Notes: generated from the letters alone by a model not told the origin. Positions 25,450 through 38,934 are shown, counted from the whole stretch's first letter. The stretch is DNA of 63,777 nt, filler included, from Octopus bimaculoides (GCF_001194135.2; 8 parts of 7 records of this genome joined end to end with filler, not necessarily neighbours in it), one strand, 5' to 3'. Program-made: numbers and translations.

Positions 25450-25635
25450 NNNNNNNNNNNNNNNNNNNNNNNNNNNNNNNNNNNNNNNNNNNNTTAATTA
25501 ATTAANNNNNNNNNNNNNNNNNNNNNNNNNNNNNNNNNNNNNNNNNNNNTGGGTTGTCTTCATCACCAGAGTTTATGGTGTCCTCGTTTCCATATGCAAA
25601 TAATTTAATTTTTTCATAGCTTACTATTTTTGTAG

Positions 25636-25716
25636 ATGGGTGGCTAAGGTCAGAAAGAAGGACAAGAAGAGGGAGAAGGAAGAGTGATGAAGAATCTCAG
25701 TGTGAGCAACATCTAC
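25636..25716 (+). CDS. Candidate 81-nt phase 1-1 internal exon of an unidentified gene
   Basis: tttttgtag|ATGGGTGG...CATCTAC|gtatga. The only open frame is (x)GWLRSERRTRRGRRKSDEESQCEQHL. Purine-rich. Confidence 0.35.
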
Positions 25717-25944
25717 GTATGAGATACTGAACAGATCATAGGATAGGGGAGAAAGAGAGGGAGAGAGTAGAGAAAGAGAGGTTGAGAAAGCGAGGCATAT
25801 TCATTTTAATTATCTTGAACTTTTTAATTGACTAATTTTTACAATGATGCACTTCGTTTAAGATTTTCAAGNNNNNNNNNNNNTACACCTGTTATGTTAG
25901 CTTCAAGTGCTGGAATAGAAGAAAGGAGAAAGGTAGCATTTTAA

Positions 25945-26127
25945 AAAATTTTATTTTATTTTATTATTTCTAATTGCATGAATTGTGACCAGTGAGTAGT
26001 TTGGAATTTTATCAATGACTTCACATGTCAGCAGCTCTGTTTATTTCACAACCAACGGTGCTTCAAGCACTCCTCAGAAACACAGTTCACAAGATGGTTG
26101 TGATCTGTAAACAGTTTTGAGTAGGAT
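25945..26127 (-). other. Candidate terminal exon of a minus-strand transcript
   Basis: Acceptor ttcattcttctttttcccag|A at 26128/26127. Frame 0 reads ILLKTVYRSQPSCELCF*. AATAAA lies near 25950-25963 on the minus strand. Confidence 0.3.
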
Positions 26128-26415
26128 CTGGGAAAAAGAAGAATGAACATGCAACGTGCACGTGCTCACTGAATTCATATAAAGTGAAGAATAAAAATGC
26201 AATGTGCATGTCAAAATAAAATGGAAAAGAAGGATAAAAACAATGTCAAAAAAATTATACGATGGCCTGCATGCCAGGCTTGGCACCACGATCATGCAGC
26301 TTTGCTGCAATTTTCATGTTTTTGTTCATTTGTTTAACATCTTTGCTGGCATGGGGAGGAGGTGTGTGTGAAACAAGATCTTATGGTGAGATTCCCTCCT
26401 GTCACCAATCCTTAC

Positions 26416-26448
26416 CTGTTTTTCAAGTAAGAGTTTTCTTTGTTTTAT
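26416..26448 (-). CDS. Candidate 33-nt micro-exon (IKQRKLLLEKQ)
   Basis: Branch-like CTAAT, tract ttccttactttcttattccaacag, donor CAG|GTAAGG. Only frame 0 is open. Confidence 0.45.
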
Positions 26449-26839
26449 CTGTTGGAATAAGAAAGTAAGGAAATAGATGATTAGCTGAGAAGATATTTTA
26501 GATGACATCAGTTGCAGCCCAGCCCCGAACAATAATGTCATCACTTGTCACAGTTCTGCAAATGGTGATGTCACTGTTTCTAGATGTAACCCAGTATAGA
26601 TTGTAACTATTCACTAACACACGACACACACACACACACACAAATGAGTGAGTGGACAAATGAAAGGAAAAGGCCATCAGCTGTTTAAGGGCATCCAACT
26701 GTAGAAATCAAATAAGACTGGAACTTGGTGCAGCTCTCCACCTTAATGGTTCCAGTTAAATTGCCTAACCCATGTCTCCATGAACAGCAGACACTAAATG
26801 ATGATGATAATATACGATAAAACTTAAATGTTTTAAGAG

Positions 26840-27100
26840 AAAAATTGTGTATAAGAGGCATCACATGTAGTGTAGAAGAGAGAAGGCTGCACTGGTGTGG
26901 TCATGTGATGCATGTGAATGAGGACAGTTGCCTAAAGAAAGGCCAATCTCTAATTGTGGAGGGAACCGGTGGAAGAGGCAGACCGCAGAAGACGTGGGAT
27001 GAAGTGATGAGAAATGACCTTCAGTTGTTGAACCTTATTGTGGAGGAGCTGTGACATTTGGCGATTTGCTGTGCTTGGGAAGACATGTCAAACTAAGTAA
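26840..27100 (+). mobile_element. RTE-clade LINE 3' end
   Basis: RRLHWCGHVMHVNEDSCLKK...VEGTGGRGRPQKTWDEVMRNDL matches the RTE C-terminal RLRWxGHV...RGRPxKTW pattern. Confidence 0.85.
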
Positions 27101-28050
27101 AATCATAGCCACGCATAAACGAATTTGCCTACAGCCATGTTGCCCCACTACACACAATCTGTCCCNNNNNNNNNNAAACGAATTTGCCTACAGCCATGTT
27201 GCCCCACTACACACAATCTGTCCCCTGTCAAAACTCGCTCACAACCATACACATTACAGAGTGTACTAGCAATACAGAAATAGCCATGTCTTTGATTTGT
27301 TTAAAGGGACCTCATAACTGCACATGTCTACTAGAGCAAAATGCATGAGCAATAGAGGTATAGGTGACAGTGGTAATTGATAAAAAGCATGTATGATAGT
27401 GGGGACGAGTGATAGAGGTACTTAGAATTCAGAGACATATTCACTTAGGTAAGGCAAGGTGGCCAAAAAGATAGGACAATGATTGATGATAATGTGAACC
27501 CAGGATGTGTGGAAGAAAAGGAGCCGGTGTATGATGTCCATGAGAGACAGTAATATATTGAGGGATAAGACACAATACAGGAGAGGATAATGAAGGAAGA
27601 GTTTTACTGGCTAGACTTGGCCCAAAAAGCAAGAGAGTGATGACAGACTGACTGGAATGAGGTGATGACAGGCAGTACAAAAGTTGGGAGAGTCAAGATA
27701 GAGTATGGGGTACTGGGCACAGTTAGTCCAGTTTAATCTTGTATACAGAGATTATGAAGTAAGTAAGAAGGTGAAGACTTGAGTGGAGTAAGTGATGAGG
27801 GTGAGGATAAAGGAAATCTACTACAGTAAGAACTGTTTATTATCACAACATATAAGTAAATACACGTAGCATGTACCAAAACTGAAACCAAAACATTTTA
27901 AGAATATATATTCCTTTGACAATATTTTAAGCCAAAATGCTACGGAAAGAAAAACAAGAAGGAAATCATTGTTGAGATTTCCACAAAGATTGCTTGTAGA
28001 GAGCTGGCTGAAAAACTGTTCTTGTTAACATTGTTTCTTTTATTTTCCAG

Positions 28051-28100
28051 CCAGAAGTAGAAACAAGTTCTGAAGAGATTTTTGGTTCAGATGGTGAGAT
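28051..28100 (+). CDS. Candidate short internal exon (PEVETSSEEIFGSDGE) of an unidentified gene
   Basis: Acceptor ttgtttcttttattttccag|C and donor GAT|GTAAGT are near consensus; single open frame. Confidence 0.55.
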
Positions 28101-29141
28101 GTAAGTATATAGTCATTGGAAATAAAGCCTTTCTGAACTCAATTAGGATTCTAATAATCTATGAAATCAAATTCTTCATGATATCTGATTTGTAAGGGAA
28201 TTAAGATATTCATTTCTTCAAAAAGAATTGGGACATTTTTTACAATGAAAGAGATAAAGCAAACTGCACTATTGTGTTCTTTTACATCAAAAGGGAGATA
28301 TCTATTCCATTGTGTTACTGTTATTTTATAAAAATAGATTCTAGTGATTTAAAGGAACAAATTCAATAAAGGACATGGGAAAGTCAAAAAAATGGGTTAA
28401 GAAATATAATCTAGTAGGCTTTTGATACATCAGGTAATAATTCCTTTAAACATACCACTTTCAAGTCAAACAGAGAATTAACATAGACTATCATTTATGA
28501 TATTATAGATGAAATAAATCAAATTGTGTGATTATCTGCCTGTGGTCTCCCTCATCAAAAACAAAACATTATGAGAATTAAGTCACACCACAGAGCATTC
28601 ACTAAAAAAACGAAGGGCATGACTGATGTTGATTATCAGGACTGCCTTAAAACATTGAAACNNNNNNNNNNNNNNNNNNNNNNNNNNNNNNNNNNNNNNN
28701 NNNNNTTAATTAATTAANNNNNNNNNNNNNNNNNNNNNNNNNNNNNNNNNNNNNNNNNNNNAAGAAAAAAAATGCAGAGACTTTCAGAATTAACAAATTT
28801 AAAAAGAGAAACTAAATTAAAAATAAACAAGAAATCTTATTTAACTTCTAAAAACCATCGGATATTATGAAGCTTATTAAATAAAGACTTCATCATCGTC
28901 GCCATCATCATCACCATCATCATCATCGTCATCACCACCACCACCACCACCATCACCTCCACCACCACTACAACCACTACCATCATCATTTCATTCCTTT
29001 TTGGAAGTGTTTTTGTCTGGCTTCGTTCATGAAATTTTTGCATCAATGAGAAATGTACGGATACATATAGGTACATACATTCATATATACCTGTACGCAT
29101 ATATACCTACAAGCATTATATGTACATGTATGTGTGTATTT

Positions 29142-29183
<42 letters not shown>

Positions 29184-30224
29184 TGTTTGTGTGTATGTGT
29201 ATGTGTGTGTGTGTGTGTCTGTATCTGTGCGCTTATCTTAATAAGCTACTGTTATTATACATAACGATTTATATTACAAGCACTCCAAGTTGCAGGTGAA
29301 TAAGGGTACTTCTTTTCTGAAACAGATCTGTAAGCTCATCCTAGAAACACATCTGTAAGAAGATTCCTAATTATTTTCAGTGTACACTATAATATTATCA
29401 CATTGTCTGCAAGATCCACTTCTTAGGCTTTTAAATATATAAAATAGATCGCTGTAGCATTTGTCTCATATGTACGTTTTAAATCTCAAACTGAAACCGA
29501 GGAGGCCACAGCTCAATAAAGTACTCAGTATGTTATTTATGTCGAGTTACTATATTTTTATTAATAAAATAATCCCAGACAACGTTACAGTTGTTTCAAT
29601 ACACTAAATATTATATACGATGGGGAGGAAGATGTGAGGAAAGAAAGGTCGGAAGAAAAGAAAGAAAGAAAGAAAAGAAACGATAGAAAGAGGATCAAAC
29701 TTCATCGAGTTAAAAAAAAAATATCGATAAAGCACAAACAGATGAAATATCGTACAGAATATGGAAAATTCAAATTATAACGGTCTGTATCACATGATTG
29801 GCAGATGCTGAAGAAACGAAGAAATGAAGAAAATAATAATAGGTATTTCAGAAACTCTATATAAGTAGTAACAAAAAATATTTGTGATGGAAAGATATTA
29901 AACGTTGACTCATATCAAATGTCTATAGTTAGATATTGTACTCAAATTAAGCATGAATATAAACAGCAAAAGCATTTAGGTGAAATGGTAAAGAAATAGT
30001 GGACAAGAGTATGTGTGTGTGTGTGTGTTTGTGTAAGCATGTATACATATGTATGTATACGCGTATGTATATATATACGTATGTATATGTATGTGTGTAT
30101 ATATGAGTGTATATATATGTGTGTATGTATATATATTTATANNNNNNNNNNNNNNNNNNNNNNNNNNNNNNNNNNNNNNNNNNNNNNNNNNNNNNNNNNN
30201 NNNNNNNNNNNNNNNNNNNATATA

Positions 30225-31555
30225 TATATAGCAATTTCTGTCTGGCTGTTACCATCTTAGTGCCTATACCAGCGAACCAATCTTCACCAAAATTTGCATA
30301 CATGTTGAACTAACATCCAGTATCCAGTTCAATTATAGGCTAATTGGATTTCAATGAAAATCAATAATGGGCCCCCTACGGGGGTTGGGCTATTATATGA
30401 TAAAATGAGAAGGGTGCAAAAAGTGTTAGGTTGAGAGCCCGTTGAGAGAAATGTAGTGTATAATGAGGGTTGGCTGATATCAGGGAAGGAGAGGAGACAG
30501 GAAGAGACAGACAGGGTATTTAAACAATAACAAACACTATAGATAATATCTTTCATTTTCTTCTACACATGAATAGCCCGTTGAGGTAAATGTCATGGCA
30601 TAATGAGGGTGGCTGATATCAGTGAAGGGGAGGAGACAGGAAGAGCCAGAAAGACAAGGAATATGAGAGGCAGACAGAGAAAACAAGAGACAGGGAGAGA
30701 GCGGGAGAGAGAGAATGTGTTAACTGGAGGGAAGAGCGAATTTCAATACTTTGTTCTTTCATTTTTACCTATCATTTAACGCATACGATTTAGTGAATTG
30801 ACCATCGTATGTTCAGTCAAAACTTTTACAATATGTCCAACAACAGACGTTAAACTAACAAGTGAAAGGTAAAGTGTTTTTATATTTGTTTTCAAATCAC
30901 CGTATTAAGATTTATTAAACTTTACCAACATGCAGAAACAATAACACTGTATATGGCTTTCATTTTCTTCCATAGATAAATAGCCCGTTGTTGTGAGGCA
31001 ATTTTTACAAAAGGATGTCTTATATACATTTTTGCTTATTCCATGTCAGTTCATGCCTTCCCCGACAGATAGGTCTCTTGATCAGGACAGATTTGTGCAA
31101 TTTTTCTAAAAACAATCTCCTTGACGAACTTTTTCCTTATTGAATTATTTACATATTTGTTCGACCGTTTCTCATGACTTTATTCATTAAACCTTATTAA
31201 AACTTCTGAAGTTCTCACAACTTTGGTCGTCGTAATGCTTTGCTTTCTTTTGTTTAATAACAATTCTTCCTCGGAATGATATCGCTTTCATTTTGTGATA
31301 GACAGCTATCATGCAGAAAATGCCAGCTTTCAACTCCTGTCTTCTGATTAGGTAAAATTGATTAAACTTTAAACACCATTATCAGGGAAGGAGAGGAGAC
31401 AGGAAAAGACAGAGACAGAGAATGTGAGAGACAGGGACAGAGTGGGAGAGAGAGAATGTGTTTACTGAAGGGAAGAGCGGAATTTAATACTTTGTTCTTT
31501 ATCTTTTTACCTTTCACTTAACGCGTACGCTTTAGTGAATTAACTATCGTATTGA
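30225..31555. mobile_element. Probable non-autonomous Helitron/Helentron-like repeat with internal duplications
   Basis: Starts after (TA)n with ...aaccaatcttcaccaaaatttgcatacatg, a motif I associate with such elements. Contains the stem-loop ccccc-tac-ggggg (30372-30384), a ~140-bp internal period, and 30690-30810 is similar to 31430-31551. Confidence 0.4.
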
Positions 31556-32341
31556 CATCGAAATCACGCGTAAACGATTCCTTTCCCCAGAAAAGGAAAG
31601 ATTTTGGCTGCTATTTCTAGCATGCCCTGCTACCACGTAACAGCTATTTGCGATAAAGGAGAATTTTGGAGTTAAGTGGTCGAGCAAATTCAGAGTTTTT
31701 GTGGAGACAAACATTCATGTCTCTGACAATCTAGCCTTACAGGTGGTGCAACTAACGATGTCTCATGTCATAAAGAATTTAACTATGTTAGAGTACACAT
31801 ATTTCTGTTATTTTTATTCATAGTAATCAACGTCATGTGAAGTTGTACTACGTTCAAAATATTCAATTCAGTGTTAACGGAAAGCTAGATAATGTATGTT
31901 TGCATTTACACTGGTTTGAAAATGGTACTGATATTTATGTTGTAGCCATTTATGTCCTCTAACCTAGCACCGAGAGAAATAAAGATCACTGAAATAATTA
32001 AGAGAAACGTAAAGATGTACCGAAGTCGATGTGAATAGTTAAAACGAATGAAATAGTTCAAAGGCAAAAGGATTTTAAAATAAAGTACAAGTATATATAA
32101 ATTATATTTAGAAAATTGTAAATCATTAAGTTTAATATTTGTGTATACATATATGTGTATATGTACGTGTATAATTATACATATACATATGTATGTATAT
32201 ATATTAATATATTTATATGTATGTATATGTGTATACACACATATATATGTATATGCATATATGCATGTACATATACATATACATATACATATACATACAT
32301 ATAGATATACATACGTATATATATGCATATACATATGTATA

Positions 32342-32399
<58 letters not shown>

Positions 32400-32496
32400 N
32401 NNNNNNNNNNNNNNNNNNNNNNNNNNNNNNNNNNNNNNNNNNNNNNNNNNNNNNNNNNNNNNNNNNNNNNNNNNNNNNNNNNNNNNNNNNNNNNNN

Positions 32497-32579
<83 letters not shown>

Positions 32580-32596
32580 GCACACATAGATATATA

Positions 32597-34952
32597 CACG
32601 CAATTCTCTTTTTGCACAGGAGATACGTCCAGAGACCACCGTGCAAAATAAAACCGTGTAAAAAGAAATATAGTGTACAAATTAAAATTAAGGAGAGGTT
32701 CCATCCAAATATATTTAATTAAAAAAATGTTAATTTTTATATACAAATAAATTGTATGTATATAAAACATAACCGTTCAGTCATTCAATGTCACTACTAG
32801 ACAGAAAACGTGCCCGCTTTCTGTTGTTTTTTGGTGGTACAAAATCACTCTCGTCACTGGAAATATCTAATGGCAATATATCTTCATGTGTATATTGAAT
32901 AAGGTTAACATCTTGTGTTGCTTTTGTTTCACTGGTTTTGAATGAATTCGGTTATCAGACGCGGTGATTTTGTTCTTGTTAGTTCTTTATATGATTCTTC
33001 ATAACGTGCCATAATCATTCTCAAATCACGTTGGAATTGCACAGCTCGTTCAACATTGTTATCATTTGTAAGAAGATTATTTCCAAGTTTATTGGCTATT
33101 TGGAGACCTTTTAGAATTGTACTTGCAGATAGTGTAACTACTTCTTCATCATCACTACTATAAACTAACGTAGAATCATATACATTCTCTGAAATACTCT
33201 CTATAATTTGTTCTTCATTAGGCGCTTCGTCAATTGTTATTTCTGCAATATCTTCAATTGTTAATTCTTCAAAGCTTTCTCTGCCAATCTGATGTGACAA
33301 AGTGATGATATCAGAATGTAATTCGTTCGTATTTTTATTAGATACGAGATTTTTAGGCTTTACACATTCTGGCCGAGGTGATCTCCAGCATGCATTTAGG
33401 GTGAATGGCTTTAATTTGGATAAAGCCAGGGCAGCATATTTAACACAATTAATTATAGCAAATTTTTTCCATGCTTGAATGGTTGAAAGTGTACCATCTT
33501 TTTTGTAGTTCGTCTATAATATATTCAAATGTTCGCTGGATATAATCTGATTTGAATGTTGAAATTATACCCTGATCAAGCAGTTGAATCACCGATGTTG
33601 TATTAGGTGGCAACAATACGACATTTATATTCGGGTGTTCCAGATCTGGATGACCGGGTACATTGTTTATAAGTAAAAAAAGACTTTAAACTCAAGGCCT
33701 TTAGCTTCCATATACCTTTTTACTTCAGAAACGAAACAGCTGTTAAACCATTCTGCTGTCATCCATGATTTTTTATTGGCTCTCTAATGAACTGGTAAAT
33801 TACTTAAGTTTACGCCTTTCATTGCATGCGGACGAACTGATCGATTAATTAATAACGGTTTTAACAAACAATCTCCTGAAGCGTTGCTATATATAAAAAA
33901 GTTACGCGGTCTTAAAACCGCTGGCACTTTGCTCTGATTTTGTTATATACGTTCTGTTTGGCATTTTTTTTCCAAAAAAGACCAGTTTCACCTGCGTTGA
34001 AAACTTGGTCCGAAATGTAACCGCCTTCTTCAATTGTTTTGGCTAGTTTTGGAAGAAGAAATTCTTCAGCAACAGGCCTATCTGCTGATGAAATTTCACC
34101 TCTCATTTTTATATTATGCAGTGCGTGTATTTCGAGAAATTTTGTAAGCCATCCCGTACTTGCAACAAATTCATTCCTTTTATCACTTGACAGATGTAAC
34201 GCACTTGATGACTCCAGATCATTAATCTTCTTGTAAAATTGTAATGCCATCTGTTTTATGGTTTTTACCATCTACTGGTATCCTTTTTTTATTTTCTTCT
34301 AGCCATATTATCTAAAGCTTTCTCCATTTTGTCTTGGATCATGTCTCTTGTATATGACGACGACTTGGCAGATAATTTTGATGCAGAAGCACCATTCCTT
34401 TTGATCGTTCTTATCGTAGCTTCGTTCAGGCAGAAAGCTCTACTCAAGGACGCTGCACTTTCGCCCTTACGAAGACGATCCAAAATATTGATCTTGGTCG
34501 CCAAAGAAATTGATGCTCTTTTATTTTTCTTAGATGTACCAACCGATATTTTGAGGTAGGTTGTCACTATCACGATCGCAAATATAAAATATAGCAGAGG
34601 ATGAAACACGCGACACGTCTTCCGTATTACACCCGATGCTAACGATTGCCGCCGTGCGCCGTCTAATGGAGCGGTTACACGCAGTCAGAGGTATGTACAG
34701 TGCATAGGTCCTGCCCACACCGGAGAGTGGGGCATCACTATACGGAAAATATAGATTGGATTCTATTTTACTTCGCTAAATTGTTACTTGATGTTGCTTA
34801 ATCGTTTACTTGCCACTTGTAATAAATTCGGTGGTCACACAAGGACAGATATTCAAACCGAGTTAAAGTAAAAAAAAAATAGTGCAAAAAAATAATCGGT
34901 TCTTTTTGTTGGACCGTGTTATTTCAAAACCGTGCAAAAAGAAAATTGAGTG
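32597..34952 (-). mobile_element. Full-length decayed pogo/Tigger-family DNA transposon (2356 bp)
   Basis: TIRs CACGCAATTCTCTTTTTGCAC and the reverse complement of GTGCAAAAAGAAAATTGAGTG, with TA on both sides. Broken ORFs encode CENP-B-type HTH (KRASISLATKINILDRL; FVASTGWLTKF) and DDE_1 motifs (VFNAGETGLFWKK; LLINNVPGHP; PPNTTSVIQLLDQGII). Confidence 0.92.
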
Positions 34953-36244
34953 TATATAGATACATATACCTATCTCGTTGCTCTCATGTGACTATTGTCC
35001 ATCTTTCTTTCTATTCCTAACTTGTGTTTCTTTCTTTCCTTCTGATTCAGCTGGAGGAATCAAACGCATTCTTGTCTGTCTTCTGTCCAAGCTTGCTCTT
35101 CTGCAATCGCCACCTAACCTCGTTTACGCTTAGCTGCACTGCCTGTTTATTTTCACTGTCCTGCTTTTGTTAGCAATTTTGATCCTCCGCAAAATCCCAA
35201 ATTTTATTTAATTTGCTTTGCGGGGGTAACTGTTTTATCGAAGGCGTATCTTGTTGTGAATTGCTCGAAATACGGATTAGAAAAACAGTAGACAACTAAT
35301 GAAGGGCCGTTCTTTATGTTGCTTGTCTTGTTTTCCATTTGTTTCTTTAGTTATTCGCAAAAAGTGTTCATATTCCATGTATTCGTATTTCGTATTTCAT
35401 GTTTTTGTATTTTAAGTTGTTTACGTTCTGTGACATCCTGTTCCCACATATTGCATATGTATATACGTATATATATATGTAAGTATGTACACACACACAC
35501 ACACACACACACATATATNNNNNNNNNNNNNNNNNNNNNNNNNNNNNNNNNNNNNNNNNNNNNNNNNNNNNNNNNNNNNNNNNNNNNNNNNNNNNNNNNN
35601 NNNNNNNNNNNNNNNNNNNNNNNNNNNNNNNNNNNNNNNNNNNNNNNNNNNNNNNNNNNNNNNNNNNNNNNNNNNNNNNNNNNNNNNNNNNNNNNNNNNN
35701 NNNNNNNNNNNNNNNNNNNNNNNNNNNNNNNNNNNNNNNNNNNNNNNNNNNNNNNNNNNNNNNNNNNNNNNNNNNNNNNNNNNNNNNNNNNNNNNNNNNN
35801 NNNNNNNNNNNNNNNNNNNNNNNNNNNNNNNNNNNNNNNNNNNNNNNNNNNNNNNNNNNNNNNNNNNNNNNNNNNNNNNNNNNNNNNNNNNNNNNNNNNN
35901 NNNNNNNNNNNNNNNNNNNNNNNNNNNNNNNNNNNNNNNNNNNNNNNNNNNNNNNNNNNNNNNNNNNNNNNNNNNNNNNNNNNNNNNNNNNNNNNNNNNN
36001 NNNNNNNNNNNNNNNNNNNNNNNNNNNNNNNNNNNNNNNNNNNNNNNNNNNNNNNNNNNNNNNNNNNNNNNNNNNNNNNNNNNNNNNNNNNNNNNNNNNN
36101 NNNNNNNNNNNNNNNNNNNNNNNNNNNNNNNNNNNNNNNNNNNNNNNNNNNNNNNNNNNNNNNNNNNNNNNNNNNNNNNNNNNNNNNNNNNNNNNNNNNN
36201 NNNNNNNNNNNNNNNNNNNNNNNNNNNNNNNNNNNNNNNNNNNN

Positions 36245-36281
<37 letters not shown>

Positions 36282-36923
36282 GCCCGTGTTTATGCATGTG
36301 TATAAGCAAGATGCAAGATGTAACTTACAGTTAACTGAAACCGCGGTTTGGTTTGAATTATGGATGTCCAAACGGAAAACAACTTACACTAATACCGATT
36401 TCATGCACAGACACACCATCATTAATTTCGGAGTATGGGCATAGTCAATTCAATCGACACCAGTATTTGAATGGTATTAATTTATTCGGCTCCAGCGTTA
36501 AGGTTTGAACTAAGAATGTCAAGGTATGTATCTAAATACTGCAAGTCATGTTATCTGACGCGTTACTAATTCTGCCCTTCCATCGCCCTAATAATAACGT
36601 CCTTGACAAATGTATGTGCGTCAAACCATCCCATTTGCCACTCCTAACAAAAAAAAAATAATAATAAAATAAAATAAAAATAGAGAAAAAAAAATACATG
36701 GTCATGTGTTACATGAAAAGAAATCGAAATTATCGATTTTATGGTTATTGCTGCAAGCAAAACGTTGTAACATTTTATGCAGTTCAAAATAACGGTCTAA
36801 TTGGTAAAAGAATTTATGATTTTAGTAACTAAATTCCGTTTCAAGTCATCATTATTATTAATATTATTACCATCATCATCGTCATAATAATAATCATCAT
36901 CATCCTCATTATCGTCGTCGTCG

Positions 36924-36992
<69 letters not shown>

Positions 36993-37374
36993 TTTTTATT
37001 TTTGCAATTATTGTTATTATTCTTGTTATAAAAGGCGAGAATTCTTTCCAGAGCTCATTAAGTTACATTAAAGTCGATTACAACTCCTATGGAGTTTTCT
37101 TTATCATGCGTAGAAAAACTGCGGATGAAAAATCTTCATCCAAGCTTGTAATCAAAGATAACGTGATGAAAGGAATCCTTCGCTTCAATTGGCCAATGAT
37201 TTATGTATTCTCCGTGTGACATTTAGGATTTCCCTCATTCCCATCGTAGAAAAACATGCAGGATTTTAATCCAAAAATTTTTAAAGGCAAGTATTAATTA
37301 GAAACTTCCTTCTCAAAAGTTCGTTAATGTAATACAAAAATTTATCTAGCAATCCATCTCACACCGCGTGTCTT

Positions 37375-37413
<39 letters not shown>

Positions 37414-37630
37414 NNNNNNNNNNNNNNNNNNNNNNNNNNNNNNNNNNNNNNNNNNNNNNNNNNNNNNNNNNNNNNNNNNATGTATGTATGTATGTATGTA
37501 TGTATGTATGTATGTATGTATGTATGTATGTATGTATGTGCATGATCGAGAGTGTGCGTGCAAGTGTGATAGAGTATGTATGTATGTACGAGTTTCGGGA
37601 TGTGTTGGTATGTGTAATCTAGTATAAGTC

Positions 37631-37669
<39 letters not shown>

Positions 37670-38140
37670 ACGTGTATATGTATGTGAGTGTATATGAGTC
37701 TCTGTGTCTGCGTGTGTGCATGTGTGTGTGTATGTGTATTTGCGTTAATGAGAGGAAACACAATAAGGTGTCGGTGAAAATTCTATTAAGCTGCATTCTT
37801 TTGATTCCATATACTTTCAGTGACTTTTATCATAGGTAGGTCAATGTCTTCAAATATCAAAAATTCCAAGAGCGAAAAAATAACGCAGCAAAGATGATTA
37901 ATTTTATGCTGCAAGGAAGAAACAGAAATGAATCCAGTGCTTCAAACAAGGATGTATAAAGTGCAGAAAGTCTCTTAAAACCATTGGTTCACAATGAAGG
38001 CATATTGGGGGAAATGAATAATGGAAGAGCGAAGAGTAAAATGATGTTTTACAACTGAACGAATGTTTCAGTCAAAGATGGGGTGCGATGACGTATTAAG
38101 TAGTGCATGATTTCGGGTTATAATATACAAATAAAAAAAA

Positions 38141-38295
38141 GGATGGGTGGTTAAGAAGCTCGCTTTGCAACCATGTAGTTTCGGGTTCAGTCCTACTGTT
38201 TGGCAACATGGGCAAGTGTCTGAAGCTATAGCCCCGGGCTAACCAATGCCTTGTGAGCGACTTTAGTAAAGAGAAACCATGCGGAAGCCCGTCAT
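38141..38295 (+). mobile_element. tRNA-derived SINE
   Basis: Same family as 7515-7666, in the opposite orientation. Confidence 0.75.
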
Positions 38296-38300
38296 ATATA

Positions 38301-38341
<41 letters not shown>

Positions 38342-38656
38342 TACACAAATTGCCCTATTAATTACGTAACTATTTCAGAAACACTTTGCAATCATCCTTT
38401 GCACCAGATCAGAGTCCTGCAATAAATACAGTTGATGTTGAAGCTCCATATATNNNNNNNNNNNNNNNNNNNNNNNNNNNNNNNNNNNNNNNNNNNNNNN
38501 NNNNNNNNNNNNNNNNNNNNNNNNNNNNNNNNNNNNNNNNNNNNNNNNNNNNNNNNNNNNNNNNNNNNNNNNNNNNNNNNNNNNNNNNNNNNNNNNNNNN
38601 NNNNNNNNNNNNNNNNNNNNNNNNNNNNNNNNNNNNNNNNNNNNNNNNNNNNNNNN

Positions 38657-38697
<41 letters not shown>

Positions 38698-38934
38698 TTT
38701 TCCCAATTATGCAAATGATAAACAACCTCACATGTCATATAAAACAGAAGACAAAGCATCATATCAAGGAAGTCCGGATAACGTCACGCCTCCTTCAAGA
38801 CCTTATGTGTGCGGCCATAGAGAGAAAGAGGGGAAGAGAGAAAAAGACGGAGCAAGAACAGAAAACTTGTAGAATAATAAAAAAGAAAAGAAAGAAACTA
38901 AAAGGAGGTATGCATGTATGTATTTGTATGTAAA

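Noticed and set aside
26040-26100. Kinase-like SEECLKHRWL peptide on the minus strand
   Set aside because: Short match only, no upstream kinase subdomains, and out of frame with the neighbouring candidate exon.
27117-27224. 49-bp exact tandem duplication
   Set aside because: Identical copies flank a 10-N gap, typical of unmerged overlapping contig ends.
35030-35170. Strong plus-strand acceptor at 35050 as a continuation of the 28.1-kb exon
   Set aside because: All frames stop within about 40 codons, there is no donor, and it lies across an artificial join.
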